NCBI GenBank assembly: GCA_031372565.1
Contig: JANMLN010000148.1
Span: forward strand, 1-54,378
Origin: Gemmatimonadota bacterium
Lineage (GTDB): Bacteria; Gemmatimonadota; Gemmatimonadetes; Gemmatimonadales; Gemmatimonadaceae
Reading direction: 5' to 3'
Length of the DNA: 54,378 nucleotides
Positions 19,939 to 30,001 of the stretch are shown in pieces (the stretch's first letter is position 1; every line of letters begins with the position of its first letter). The notes beneath the pieces were generated by a model. The model was not told the origin of the DNA and ran no database searches. It worked only from the letters and a program-made list of their open reading frames with translations. The position numbers and the translations under genes are program-made.

Positions 19939-20799
19939 TCAGCTGACCTTCAACTGCTTGATCATGCCGTGCGCCAGATGCGGCTTGCCGTCCTTCGCGT
20001 CGGGCAGGAAGCAGATCAGCACGTACTCGCCTGGGGCGAGATCCACGGAGAGGTACGCTTCGCCGCCCTTCGCCATACCCGAGATGCCGCCGATCGGCAT
20101 CGCCGGAGGCGCACCCTTGTACGTCTGCCCCCATTTTGCCAGATCGTCGGCAGTCTTGCCGCTGTCGAGCTTCGCGAGAAACATTTCGTGCGACTGCGCC
20201 GCGGTATTGGTCAGCTTGAGCGTGTGCTTGCCCGCAGTCAGGGCGGGCGCGATGTCCCAGGCATAGTCGGTCATCGTCACCGTCACATCCGCGGTTGGCA
20301 GTGGCGCAGCCGGGCCGGTGGGAGCGATGACCGTGAGCGGGTGCGCCATGCCCTTCATCACGTGCGGCACGTGATCGGGGGTGTCGATAAAGCACAGCAC
20401 GGCGTAGTCGCCGGGTTCGAGCGTCGTCGTGATGGAAGACTCACCGCCGGGCACCGGCGAGTTCGGGCCGGCGACATCGTGCACGAACGGTGGCGGCGGA
20501 TCGGTGGGCTTCGCGGTCTTCATGTCGGCCATCAGGTCCGCGAACTTCTTGCCGTCCGAGAGGCGAAGGAACTGCACGTGGTGCAGCTCGGCGCCCTTGT
20601 TCACGAGCTTGATGGTAACCACACCGCCAGTCACGGTATCCGGCATCTCGTACGCGAAATCCTTCGCGGTAATCGTGATGACGGGCGGCGCTACCACCGC
20701 TGTCGCCGCTGCGTTCTCGGCCGGCTTCCGGTCAGCACCGCCGCAGGCGGCGAGCGCAGAGAGCACGACCACGGATAGAACGGAGCGGCGATACAGCAT
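19939..20799 (-). CDS. Lipoprotein with two tandem cupredoxin-like domains
   Basis: LAAC lipobox; two repeats each with N...H and PG.Y...C..H..GM; GGAGG SD before ATG 20799. Confidence 0.8.
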   Translation of the reverse strand: MLYRRSVLSVVVLSALAACGGADRKPAENAAATAVVAPPVITITAKDFAYEMPDTVTGGVVTIKLVNKGAELHHVQFLRLSDGKKFADLMADMKTAKPTDPPPPFVHDVAGPNSPVPGGESSITTTLEPGDYAVLCFIDTPDHVPHVMKGMAHPLTVIAPTGPAAPLPTADVTVTMTDYAWDIAPALTAGKHTLKLTNTAAQSHEMFLAKLDSGKTADDLAKWGQTYKGAPPAMPIGGISGMAKGGEAYLSVDLAPGEYVLICFLPDAKDGKPHLAHGMIKQLKVS

Positions 20800-20993
20800 G
20801 AAACGCCTCCAGCAGAAGGGAACGGATCGCGTGCCGTGAAACAAAGTGCAACACAACATCGCTGCGATGGCAGAGAACGGTCGACCGGTACGGCGAACTG
20901 TGCAGCACCCGAGGCAACCGGATCGCCCGCGTAAAAATCCTCTCCCTGACCGCATCCGTCAACTCCACGGCGCGCTTGCGCGCGGGGCAGCGC

Positions 20994-22361
20994 CTATCCG
21001 CCGATGCGCACCGGCACCGTAATGAAGTCCGTGGTCAGCGGTTGCTGCCCCAACTTGCCGTAGGACGTCCAGCCCCAGCAGTACACCTGGTTCGCGGTGG
21101 TCACACCGCACGTCTGCGCGACTCCGGCGCTGATCTGCCGGAAGGTGAGCCCCCCCTGTACGGCCACCGGTACCGCCGAGCAGATGCCGCCGCCGCAGGC
21201 GGCACGCGGAACGCCGAGCTGCCCGAGCTGGTTGTCGCCCCAGCACCAGGCAGCACCGGCGTTATCGAGCGCGCAGACGTGCCCGGGGCCCGACGTGATC
21301 TGTGTAAAGGTGTGCGCGCCCGCAACTGCGGCCGGCGTCGTTGACCAACCGAATCCGTTCCATCCGATCTGCCCGACGCGCCCATCGCCCCAGCAATAGG
21401 CGGCACCGGCAGTCGTCAGTGCGCAGATCGAGCCGAGGGTTGCCGTGATCGCCTTGAAGCTGAGCGACGACGTGACGAGCACCGGCGCCGCGACCTGCGC
21501 CGAGAAACTGCCATTGCCGACGGCGCCGTAGAGGCTTTCGCCCCAGCACCACACCCTGCCGGTGGTGGCGATCGCGCAGGCAAACGCACCATCACGGTTG
21601 GCGGCTACCAGCGTTGACGCGGGCGCGCCGAGCACGGGTGTCAGGGTATCGCTCTGGAAGTTCAGCGCGCGGTTGCCCATCAGGTTCTTCGTGTTCAGCC
21701 CCCGGCACAGGACCACGCCGGAGACAGAGACCGCGCAGAGCGGTCCAGCCTCGTTCAGGACACTCAACTTGGCACCGAGCTTCAGCCGCTGCGGCGTGAA
21801 CGAACAGAGCCACGTGCCGCAGAATTTCACGCCATTCGCGAGCACCGAGTCGGGGGTCACCGCCATCTGCACACCGTCGTCCCAGCAGTACGTGTCGTTG
21901 GCCGCATCGAGGCCGCACACCGTGCCGTCGGCTCCCGGCACATTCAGTGAGGCGAACACTCGTGTTGACATCCGCACGGGCACGAACACGTTGCACGGCC
22001 ACCCGGGCAACGAGCTCACCGATGACCGCCGTGCGATGCAGATGGAGTCGACGACGACATCGACGTTGGAGGTGGCGGGCACGTTGCGCAGGCCGATGTC
22101 GAGCCGGAAGCCGACCGATCGGGTGTTGCCCCAGCACCACGTCGTACCATCGGTATTGAGCAGGCAGTTGGCGCGCTCTCCCACCCACACGGCCTTCGCC
22201 GTGCCATTCCATGCCGGCCCGGGGGGCGCATCGGACACGGTCAACCTGGCAGGGCCGCCACTGCCACTTCCGGTGGCGTCTGTGCAGGCCAGCACGGCGG
22301 CCACCAACACGAGGGCGAAGGTCGCGCGGCGTGGCGCGAACCGGGTGAAAGACATGGGCAT
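20994..22361 (-). CDS. RCC1-repeat beta-propeller lipoprotein
   Basis: VLAC lipobox; repeated C.L...G.A(Y/W)CWG....GQ(L/I)G units. Confidence 0.88.
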   Translation of the reverse strand: MPMSFTRFAPRRATFALVLVAAVLACTDATGSGSGGPARLTVSDAPPGPAWNGTAKAVWVGERANCLLNTDGTTWCWGNTRSVGFRLDIGLRNVPATSNVDVVVDSICIARRSSVSSLPGWPCNVFVPVRMSTRVFASLNVPGADGTVCGLDAANDTYCWDDGVQMAVTPDSVLANGVKFCGTWLCSFTPQRLKLGAKLSVLNEAGPLCAVSVSGVVLCRGLNTKNLMGNRALNFQSDTLTPVLGAPASTLVAANRDGAFACAIATTGRVWCWGESLYGAVGNGSFSAQVAAPVLVTSSLSFKAITATLGSICALTTAGAAYCWGDGRVGQIGWNGFGWSTTPAAVAGAHTFTQITSGPGHVCALDNAGAAWCWGDNQLGQLGVPRAACGGGICSAVPVAVQGGLTFRQISAGVAQTCGVTTANQVYCWGWTSYGKLGQQPLTTDFITVPVRIGG

Positions 22362-22430
22362 ATGCGGGGTCGGTGGGAGGGGAGTGCCAACACGCCGCGG
22401 ACGAATAGCGCGCCCCCCTTACCGCCCCGT

Positions 22431-25271
22431 TCAGCTCACGGGATAAGACCGCAACTGCGCCAATTCCTGCATCGCGCGCTTGGCCCGCGCCGTGTCGCCG
22501 AGCTGCCGTGCCAGTCGAGCCTCCCATTGCAACAGCTCGGCGTGCTGCCAGACCCCGGCCCAGCCCACGTACGGGATCCGTTCGCGGCGCGCGAGCGCGA
22601 GCGCACGCGCGGGGCGCCCGGCGCGCGCGTGCAACACCACGAGAATCAGGCGCTGCCTCGACTCGTACGGGTCCTCGGCCAGCAGACGCTCCAGTGTGGA
22701 CATCGACGCCGTGTCTTCGCCGACGCCCAGTCGTTGGGCTGCAGCCGCAGCCACCCACGCTGCGCACGCCTGCCATCGGCGTGTCATGAATGGCGACGCG
22801 CTCCGGGGCCACCGCACTTGCTGCACCGCGGCACGCGCCGCCCGGATCGTGGCGTCCGATCCCGTCTCCACCTGCCAGCCCGCCACCGCGCATCGTGCGA
22901 GTGCCCGCTCCTTCGGATCGCGCAACGGATGCGCGGGCGTCGTCATCGCGCGCACGGCCTCGGCGGCGAGCCCGCTGTCACCATCGGCGTACGCGGCGCC
23001 TACCAGGTGCGTCACCGCCGTTTCGACACGCAGGTCCTCCTCACCCTCGAGCGCCCACTGCTCGCGCGCGTCACGCCGTGCCTGCGCCGTGTGCCCGGTG
23101 TTGATGCCGAAGAAGGCGTTGGCATACCAGAACACCCGGCGCGCCGACGTGTCGGTGGCCGCGCGCGTGCGCATCACCTCGAGCGCCTCGGTCGCGTCGG
23201 CAATTGCGAAGCCGTCGAGCTGGGCGGTCAGCAGCACGCGCTGCAGCGAGAGCAGCGGCGCGATCGTGAATTGCGCGCGCAGCCGCCGCTGCTCGCCGCT
23301 GTCTCCAAGCGCGAGCGCGGCGCGCCACTTGACGTAGAAGGCAATCTCGCCCGTCGAATCGGCGGCGAGATAGCGATCACGCAGTTGCCGTACTGCCGCG
23401 GGATGGCCGGCGATGTGCTCCTGCTCGAGCAGGTGATAGAGCGCCGGCTGAAATGCGCTGTCGAGACGCACGACCATCGCCAGCTCGGCGCGGGCCACCT
23501 CGCGCGCATCGTCGCGGCCGGCCGCGCCGCCGCCGTGCAGCAGCGCATCGGCGTGCTCGAAGCGCACGTCGGGTGCATCGCCGAACCAGCCGAGCACGTG
23601 GCTCCACATCTGTAGTTGCCGCGCGGGATCTTCCCACACCCACTGCTCCCGGCTCGCCCGCAGGTAGGCGCGGTCGGCGGGGGAGAGCCGCGCCTGATGC
23701 CGGTCGGCGAGTGCGAGAAACGTGCTGACGCCCGCATCGTCGGACGCCCAACGGCTCGCGCGCGCCCCTTCGATCGCGGCCAGCGCGAACGTGCTGTCGG
23801 CGCGCGTTGCGCGGCCGAAGGCGGCGGCCGCTTCCGCGAGTCGACCGTGCCGAAAGAGCGCGCGCCCCGTGAGGAACGCGCTCAACGCATCGATCGACGT
23901 GGAGGTGAGGTCGGCGAGTCGAACCGGTGCCTCGCGCGCCGAACTGACGAGCAGCCGCTGCGCGACCTGTTCGACGAGCCACGGCAGCGAGTCGAGCGGT
24001 CCGTCGACGGACGCCGCGGCAACGGGAGCGTCGGCGGCCACGTCGTACAGCGACGCACTCACGACAAGCCGCCGCGGCGAGCCCCCGATCCGACCCATCA
24101 GCAGGCGACCGGTGCCGAGTCGGCGACTGACGCCGATCGCATCGCGCAGTGTGGGCGCCCGCGCGCCATCGGGGCCGTGCCCGAGCGCATCAAGCACGAG
24201 CGACGGCGGTTCGACGTGCGGCGTCATCAGAGGGCCGAGCCGCATGGCGACGAGGTCCATCATCCCTTCGCCGAGAAAGCGCAGCTCGGGGGCGGCACCG
24301 TCGACGTCGAAGGGAAGCACCGCGAGACGCGCCGGATCTGCGGGAACATCGGTGCTCTCGCGCATCGCGATGAAGAAGACGGCGACGGCGATGGTGAGAA
24401 GCGCGACGAGTCTGCCGCGGCGTGATGGAGCGGGCGCCACGAGCGCCGGAGCCGGCGCCGACGCGCGCGCGGGGGTGGGAGTGGGCGCTGGTGTCGTCGC
24501 CACGGTGGGCGCCGACGGCGTCACCGGCGCGGCCCGCTTGAGGTGTTGGGCCAGTGCCGTCGTTTCTGCTGATGGCTCCACGTCCAGGTCATCGTGCAGC
24601 CGAACGGCGAGCGCGTCGAAGGCGCGCAGCGCGACTGCGCGATGACCAGCCGCGTCGGCCCACGTCATGTGTGCGCGCACCACCTGTTCGTTCGTGGGGT
24701 CCCAACTGATGAGGCGCGCCGACACCGCCGCTGCTTCGGCGGCGCGCCCCATGGCACCCTCGGCCTCGACCACGCGTAGCCCGCACGCGATCGCTTGCGC
24801 ACAGAGCCGCGCGCGCGTCGTCTCGAGCCACTGCTCGAAGGCCGGTGCTCCCGACACGAAGAAGCCCGGCAGCAAGGCACCTGTGTACAGCGCGAGGGCC
24901 TCGGCGTCGCGGTGCGCGGCCGCGGCCGCCTCGAAGGCCGCCGCATCGACCCAGACAGCCGCCGGATCGAGCCGAACCGTCTCACCCCCATCGCGGGACA
25001 GCGCACCCGTGCCCAGGAGTCGACGCAGGTGGTACAGGTGCTGCGACAGCGCATTGCGCCCGTGCGCGGCGTCGCTCTCCGGCCAGAACACCCCCAGCAG
25101 GTGATCTCGGCGGTGCCCCACCTCGGGTTCGCTCAGCGCAAGGTAGGCGAGGATCGCCGTGCGCTTGGGCTGGCCCTCGAGGCGCGTCGGTGTGGACGCG
25201 ACGTCGCCGGAAATCTGCACGCCGCCCAGCAGGCGCACGCGCACCGGAGTGGTGGCGGCGGCGGTCATCAT
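22431..25271 (-). CDS. Membrane-anchored SARP/BTAD-type transcriptional regulator with TolB-N-like and TPR sensor region
   Basis: VRLLGG..ILAYLAL..RRDHL..FWPE..LSQHLYHLRR, LYTGALLPG..FEQWLE, Pro/Ala linker, TM helix, LAVLPF, TPR-like helices. Confidence 0.85.
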   Translation of the reverse strand: MMTAAATTPVRVRLLGGVQISGDVASTPTRLEGQPKRTAILAYLALSEPEVGHRRDHLLGVFWPESDAAHGRNALSQHLYHLRRLLGTGALSRDGGETVRLDPAAVWVDAAAFEAAAAAHRDAEALALYTGALLPGFFVSGAPAFEQWLETTRARLCAQAIACGLRVVEAEGAMGRAAEAAAVSARLISWDPTNEQVVRAHMTWADAAGHRAVALRAFDALAVRLHDDLDVEPSAETTALAQHLKRAAPVTPSAPTVATTPAPTPTPARASAPAPALVAPAPSRRGRLVALLTIAVAVFFIAMRESTDVPADPARLAVLPFDVDGAAPELRFLGEGMMDLVAMRLGPLMTPHVEPPSLVLDALGHGPDGARAPTLRDAIGVSRRLGTGRLLMGRIGGSPRRLVVSASLYDVAADAPVAAASVDGPLDSLPWLVEQVAQRLLVSSAREAPVRLADLTSTSIDALSAFLTGRALFRHGRLAEAAAAFGRATRADSTFALAAIEGARASRWASDDAGVSTFLALADRHQARLSPADRAYLRASREQWVWEDPARQLQMWSHVLGWFGDAPDVRFEHADALLHGGGAAGRDDAREVARAELAMVVRLDSAFQPALYHLLEQEHIAGHPAAVRQLRDRYLAADSTGEIAFYVKWRAALALGDSGEQRRLRAQFTIAPLLSLQRVLLTAQLDGFAIADATEALEVMRTRAATDTSARRVFWYANAFFGINTGHTAQARRDAREQWALEGEEDLRVETAVTHLVGAAYADGDSGLAAEAVRAMTTPAHPLRDPKERALARCAVAGWQVETGSDATIRAARAAVQQVRWPRSASPFMTRRWQACAAWVAAAAAQRLGVGEDTASMSTLERLLAEDPYESRQRLILVVLHARAGRPARALALARRERIPYVGWAGVWQHAELLQWEARLARQLGDTARAKRAMQELAQLRSYPVS

Positions 25272-25377
25272 GCGCGTCGCGGCGTGCGCTGCATGACCAG
25301 ATTATGCGCCCCGAACTGGCATCGCGCCATTGGGCCGAAGCCCGCGTGTCCCCGGTCCGCTGGTCGCCGGGCCGCGC

Positions 25378-27492
25378 TTACAGAATACCCCAGAAGCTCC
25401 GCGTCACGTCCACGTTGAACGTCCAGCGCCCGTCGCGCAGTCCACGCGCCACATCAACGCGCAACAAGTCGAAGAACAACAGCCCACCCACGCCGATCGA
25501 CGGATACCATCCGTCCGCCAGCGCCGGATTGGCGCTGCGTGCGATGCCGATCACGTGCACGAACGGCGCGAGCACCGCGGCCCCCGGCACGCGACCGAAT
25601 CGGCCGAGCGGTACGGGCAGAAACGGAACGGGCAGCTGCCCTTCGATGTGCAGCGTGCCGCCGCCGCGCGCCGTGAACTGCGCGAAGTCGTACCCGGGAC
25701 CGCTCACCGGCCCACCGAGGTAGACCAGTTGCTGAGGAAGCTGGGCGCCACTCCCTCCACTGGCCGCCGCCGTCCCGCGCAGCGCCAGCTGCCACCCGCG
25801 CATCGGGCGCTGCCACGCCGCGTGCGCAAAGCCGCGGATCGTCGTCGCTGCGCCGCCGCCCGCCAGCGTGTACTGCCCGAGTGCGAGCCGCGTGCCGAAC
25901 TCCAGCGCACCACCCCACACCGGATCGGCCAGACGCTGTGCGCGCGCGAGTGTGGCACGCAGTCCGTCCATGGTCGGGACCGCGAGCACCCCCGGGTACC
26001 GTCCCGATGCAGGCGCCGCATGTACCGCGAGCGCCTCATGTCGTTCCGCCGTCAGCTCGAACCGCCATTGTGCCCCGCCAGGCGCACCCAGCATGAGCGC
26101 CGCGCCCGCCTGACGCACACCGAACGGCTGCGTGTAATCGGCGCCAAACTCCTGCGCCGCAAGGGAATTCCGCGCGAGCGATGTCTCGGGGTCATCGAGC
26201 ACATCACGAAAATCGACCGACGCGAACAGTTGCACCTGCATGCCGCGCCGCGGGATCACGTCAAGCGTGACACCACCCTTCACATTCGCATCGGCGAACC
26301 CGTAGCGACCGCGCACCGCCACGCTCGCCGACGCCGTGGGACGGAATCGGGCGCCCAACCCGAGCGCGAGCCCTTCGACACGATTCACCCGCACGAGGTC
26401 GCTCACGCTGCCCGCACTCAGCGCACCAGCATCCGCCTTGGCAATGGCACCGCGCGAGATGACCTCGGTGGCGATCTGCTGCACGCGCTCGACGTCCTCG
26501 GGGCTCACCGGCCGCACGTTGTCCGGGAGCCGATCGAGCACCTGCCCCTCGAACGGAAAGCGCCGCACCTTGGCGTAGTCGTCGAAGACGATCGGCGGCC
26601 CCTGCACGACGCCCAGCGGGATCCCGCGATTCACCTCGTAGTCACGTACCTCCCAGCGGGCGCGAATGATGCCGCGCGCCGGAAAGTCGAACCAGGTGCC
26701 GGCTCGGCGCACCTCCAACTCCTGCCGCCGCGGGAGCCAGAACTGTTCGTCGATCAACGCATTCTCGAGCGTCACGGCCAGCATCTCGATCCGTTTGTCG
26801 AGGAGGGCCGCGCGCGTGAACGTGAACGACATGCGGACGATGTCGCCCGTGCCGCGTTCGATGAACAGCGACCCCACCACGCGCGGCCCCGCTTCGTCGC
26901 GCGGGCGGACGTCGACCTCCCACACATCCACGCGCTTGCCCGGAAGCGTGAGCGTGAGCGAGTCGCGCACGCGGTACGAGTAGAGCATGGGCGCCCCGGC
27001 GGACACCGGATGCGGCACATCGCGCACGTCCTGCCCGTCCCCCATGCGGATCCGGTCGGGAAAGTTGCTCTGGATGATCCCGTAGCGATCCGAGTAGTAG
27101 CCGATGTCGCCCGGGACGAGCGCCGTGTCGCGCAGTCCGATCACGACCTGCTTCGAGAGCGCCGGCGCCTTCCAGAGCACGTCGACCATCAACTCGGATG
27201 TCTTCACGAGCTTGGGCGTTTCCGTGAGCGTGTCGCCCAGCTGCGCCAGGAACGACAGGTAGCCATGCGCGCGCGCGCGATAATCCTGCAGCAGCGTGTC
27301 GCTGGCCGCGCGTCGTGCGATGGCTTTCGAGACCAGCGCCGTCACCCGGGTGTCGTCCCACTGCGCCGCTTGCGCGGGCGCCACGCGCGCGACCACCGCA
27401 CTCGCGACACATGCGACCCACGCGCCACGCGCAACCGTCCGCCGCGCCAGCAGCGCGCGCACCAACCGGTGCGCCGCGAGGAAACGGATCAT
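25378..27492 (-). CDS. Hypothetical outer-membrane protein (DUF5686/Omp85-like C-terminal barrel)
   Basis: Signal peptide, RVNRVEGL, amphipathic beta strands ending LLRVDVARGL..WTFNV. Confidence 0.55.
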   Translation of the reverse strand: MIRFLAAHRLVRALLARRTVARGAWVACVASAVVARVAPAQAAQWDDTRVTALVSKAIARRAASDTLLQDYRARAHGYLSFLAQLGDTLTETPKLVKTSELMVDVLWKAPALSKQVVIGLRDTALVPGDIGYYSDRYGIIQSNFPDRIRMGDGQDVRDVPHPVSAGAPMLYSYRVRDSLTLTLPGKRVDVWEVDVRPRDEAGPRVVGSLFIERGTGDIVRMSFTFTRAALLDKRIEMLAVTLENALIDEQFWLPRRQELEVRRAGTWFDFPARGIIRARWEVRDYEVNRGIPLGVVQGPPIVFDDYAKVRRFPFEGQVLDRLPDNVRPVSPEDVERVQQIATEVISRGAIAKADAGALSAGSVSDLVRVNRVEGLALGLGARFRPTASASVAVRGRYGFADANVKGGVTLDVIPRRGMQVQLFASVDFRDVLDDPETSLARNSLAAQEFGADYTQPFGVRQAGAALMLGAPGGAQWRFELTAERHEALAVHAAPASGRYPGVLAVPTMDGLRATLARAQRLADPVWGGALEFGTRLALGQYTLAGGGAATTIRGFAHAAWQRPMRGWQLALRGTAAASGGSGAQLPQQLVYLGGPVSGPGYDFAQFTARGGGTLHIEGQLPVPFLPVPLGRFGRVPGAAVLAPFVHVIGIARSANPALADGWYPSIGVGGLLFFDLLRVDVARGLRDGRWTFNVDVTRSFWGIL

Positions 27493-28463
27493 CGCGTGCG
27501 CGTCGACGCCTCGTGCGCCGCGATCACCGCCTGCGCTGCCTCTTCGGGATCGTCGGTGAGCAACAACAGGTCAAGATCCCCTTCCGAAATCTTACCCTCG
27601 GCCAGCATCCGCGTCTGGATCCAGCGCACGAGCCCTGCCCAGTAGTGGCGTCCGAACAGGACCACGGGGAACTGCGAGATCTTGCCCGTCTGGATGAGCG
27701 TCACCGCCTCGAAGAGTTCATCGAGCGTGCCGAAGCCCCCGGGGAAGATGATGAACGCCGACGAATACTTGATGAACATCGTCTTCCGCACGAAGAAGTA
27801 ACGGAAGTTGACGACCGTATCGACGTACGGGTTGGCCCCCTGCTCGAACGGCAACTCGATGTTGCAACCGATCGACCGTCCGCCGGCGAGTCGCGCTCCC
27901 TTGTTGGCGGCCTCCATGATGCCGGGACCTGCCCCCGTGATGACGGAGAACCCAGCCCTCGCCAGGATCGCCGCGACCTGTTCGGCGGCCTGGTACTGCG
28001 GATCACTCGGTGGCGTGCGCGCCGAGCCGAAGATCGACACCCCCTTCTCGATCGAGTTGAGGTTGTCGAACCCTTCGATGATCTCTCCCATGATGCGGAG
28101 CACCCGCCAGGTATCGCTGCGCGTGAAGTCGCCGGGGGAGTGCTCCGCCGTCAGGAACTTCGTGTCCTCCGTGACGAGTGGCCGCAGATCGCGGATGGCG
28201 TCATCGATGTGGCGCGTCGGACCCGAGCCACGAAACGGGAGCATTGAGGGTGGCTTCCTCCCCGCCGCCATGTGCCCTTCCTCTGTCCGCACCTTGTACG
28301 CCTCGAGCGCGGACAGTTCGGCCGTGCGTCGGCGTTCCGGGTCCATCCGCTTGCCTGTCGCGCTGCGCGCGCGGCTGGGTGTCGCCTTGCGTGTCGCTTT
28401 TCCGGGACCGGACGACTTTGTCGGCTTCTTCGGCAGCTTCGGCTTCTTCGCTGGCATGGCCAT
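27489..28463 (-). CDS. LOG family protein (TIGR00730 Rossmann fold) with basic N-terminal extension
   Basis: SIFGSAR, TGAGPGIMEAANKG, YFFVRKTMF, PGGFGTLDE; ATGA overlap with the next gene. Confidence 0.92.
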   Translation of the reverse strand: MAMPAKKPKLPKKPTKSSGPGKATRKATPSRARSATGKRMDPERRRTAELSALEAYKVRTEEGHMAAGRKPPSMLPFRGSGPTRHIDDAIRDLRPLVTEDTKFLTAEHSPGDFTRSDTWRVLRIMGEIIEGFDNLNSIEKGVSIFGSARTPPSDPQYQAAEQVAAILARAGFSVITGAGPGIMEAANKGARLAGGRSIGCNIELPFEQGANPYVDTVVNFRYFFVRKTMFIKYSSAFIIFPGGFGTLDELFEAVTLIQTGKISQFPVVLFGRHYWAGLVRWIQTRMLAEGKISEGDLDLLLLTDDPEEAAQAVIAAHEASTRTR

Positions 28464-28603
28464 GGGGACGATCGTGCGTCGCTGATGCCAGCGTGGCACA
28501 CGCGCGCACGGTAGATGCAGAAGCTAGCGTAGCCGCCACCACGGGACGATGCGCCAGCGGGCCACCGCTCGGCTCGGCATCACCGACGTATCATTCCCCT
28601 CCT

Positions 28604-29995
28604 GTGACGCCCCCCGCACTCGTCATCGTCGTCGCCGACGGCCTCCGTCCCGACACCCTCGACGCCGCCATCTCCGCCGGCGCGGTGCCCGCGCTCGCGC
28701 GCCTCCGCGCCGAGGGCGGCGCACACGTGGTCACCACCTGCTTCCCCTCGGTCACGGGGCTCGCGTACGCCCCGTTTCTCATGGGGAAGCACCCGGCCGA
28801 GGTGGGCTTGCCCGGGCTCCGCTGGATCGATCGCACCCGCGCGCGCGTCCCGATTCCTGCGCATGCGCGGAGCTACGTGGGATACGGCATCAAGGGAATC
28901 GACGAGGATCTCGACCCGACGGTGCCGACGCTGTTCGAGCTGGCACAACCGGGCATGTCTGCGCTCTCGATGATCACGCGCGGTCTGCCACTCACGCAGA
29001 AGATCGCCCGTGGCTTCTGGTGGGGAGCGCGTGGCGTCCGCACGCACTACTTCGGCAACCTCGAAGACTGGCTGCAGGTGGACCGCGACGTGGCCGACAT
29101 TGTCGTGCGTCGCGTTCGCACCGAGCGGCCGCGTTTCACGCTCGCTGCACTCATGGGGATCGACAAGGCTTCGCACGCCAAAGGGCACGCCTCGGCCGAC
29201 GCGGCCCGCGCCCTCGAGGTGGTCGATCGACTCGTCGGTCGGCTGCGAGCCGATGCCGAGCGTGACGGCGCACCGCTCCGCGTCTGGATGGTCAGCGACC
29301 ACGGACACAGTCCGGTCGAAAGGCATGACGAACTCGCCGATGTCGTGCGCGCAACCGGCGCCAAGGTCATCGCGCATCCGTGGGTCATCGGTGCCAAGGG
29401 CGACGTCGGTGTCATGGTGGGTGGCAACGCGATGGCCGAGCTGTACCTGGATCCGGCAACGCCGCACGCGCTTGGATGGGCCGCGCTCGAGGCGCGCTGG
29501 GGAGCACTGGCTGACGTGCTGCTCGCGCGCCCGTCCATTGACCTCATGGCGCTTCCCCTCGATCGATCGGCCTGTCTCGTGCGCGCCCGCGACCGGGGCG
29601 AAGCGATCGTGCGTGCGAGTGGTGCGGGCGATGCGTGGCGCGTGACGTACGAGCACCGCACCGGCGATCCGCTCAACATTCCGGCCGGGAGCTATGCACG
29701 CGATGCCGCGTGGGACGTGGCGCGGCACGGCCCCTATCCGGATGCGCTGGTGCAGCTCGCCCATCTCACGGCGTCACCACGGATCGGGGACATCATTCTC
29801 AGCGCGGCCCCGGGCTGGGACCTGCGCGAGCGCTATGAGCCGATGCCGCACGTGAGCACGCATGGTGCCCTCACGCGCGATCACATGCGCGTGCCGTTGC
29901 TGCTCGACCAACCGCCCGCGGTCGCGCCGCGCCGTACGACCGACGTCATGGCAATGGCGTGCGCGGCGCTGGGCCTCGCGTCGCACGAGCCGTAG
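28604..29995 (+). CDS. Alkaline phosphatase / nucleotide pyrophosphatase family protein
   Basis: VADGLRPD, FPSVT nucleophile, DKASH, SDHG, THG. Confidence 0.85.
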   Translation: MTPPALVIVVADGLRPDTLDAAISAGAVPALARLRAEGGAHVVTTCFPSVTGLAYAPFLMGKHPAEVGLPGLRWIDRTRARVPIPAHARSYVGYGIKGIDEDLDPTVPTLFELAQPGMSALSMITRGLPLTQKIARGFWWGARGVRTHYFGNLEDWLQVDRDVADIVVRRVRTERPRFTLAALMGIDKASHAKGHASADAARALEVVDRLVGRLRADAERDGAPLRVWMVSDHGHSPVERHDELADVVRATGAKVIAHPWVIGAKGDVGVMVGGNAMAELYLDPATPHALGWAALEARWGALADVLLARPSIDLMALPLDRSACLVRARDRGEAIVRASGAGDAWRVTYEHRTGDPLNIPAGSYARDAAWDVARHGPYPDALVQLAHLTASPRIGDIILSAAPGWDLRERYEPMPHVSTHGALTRDHMRVPLLLDQPPAVAPRRTTDVMAMACAALGLASHEP

Positions 29996-30001
29996 CGGTC
30001 G

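Noticed and set aside
25330..27645. Long antisense ORFs (also 24-1202, 4205-5920, 8441-10093, 10675-12378, 51777-53855)
   Set aside because: Arg/His-rich, motif-free shadows expected from high-GC codon bias opposite well-supported genes.
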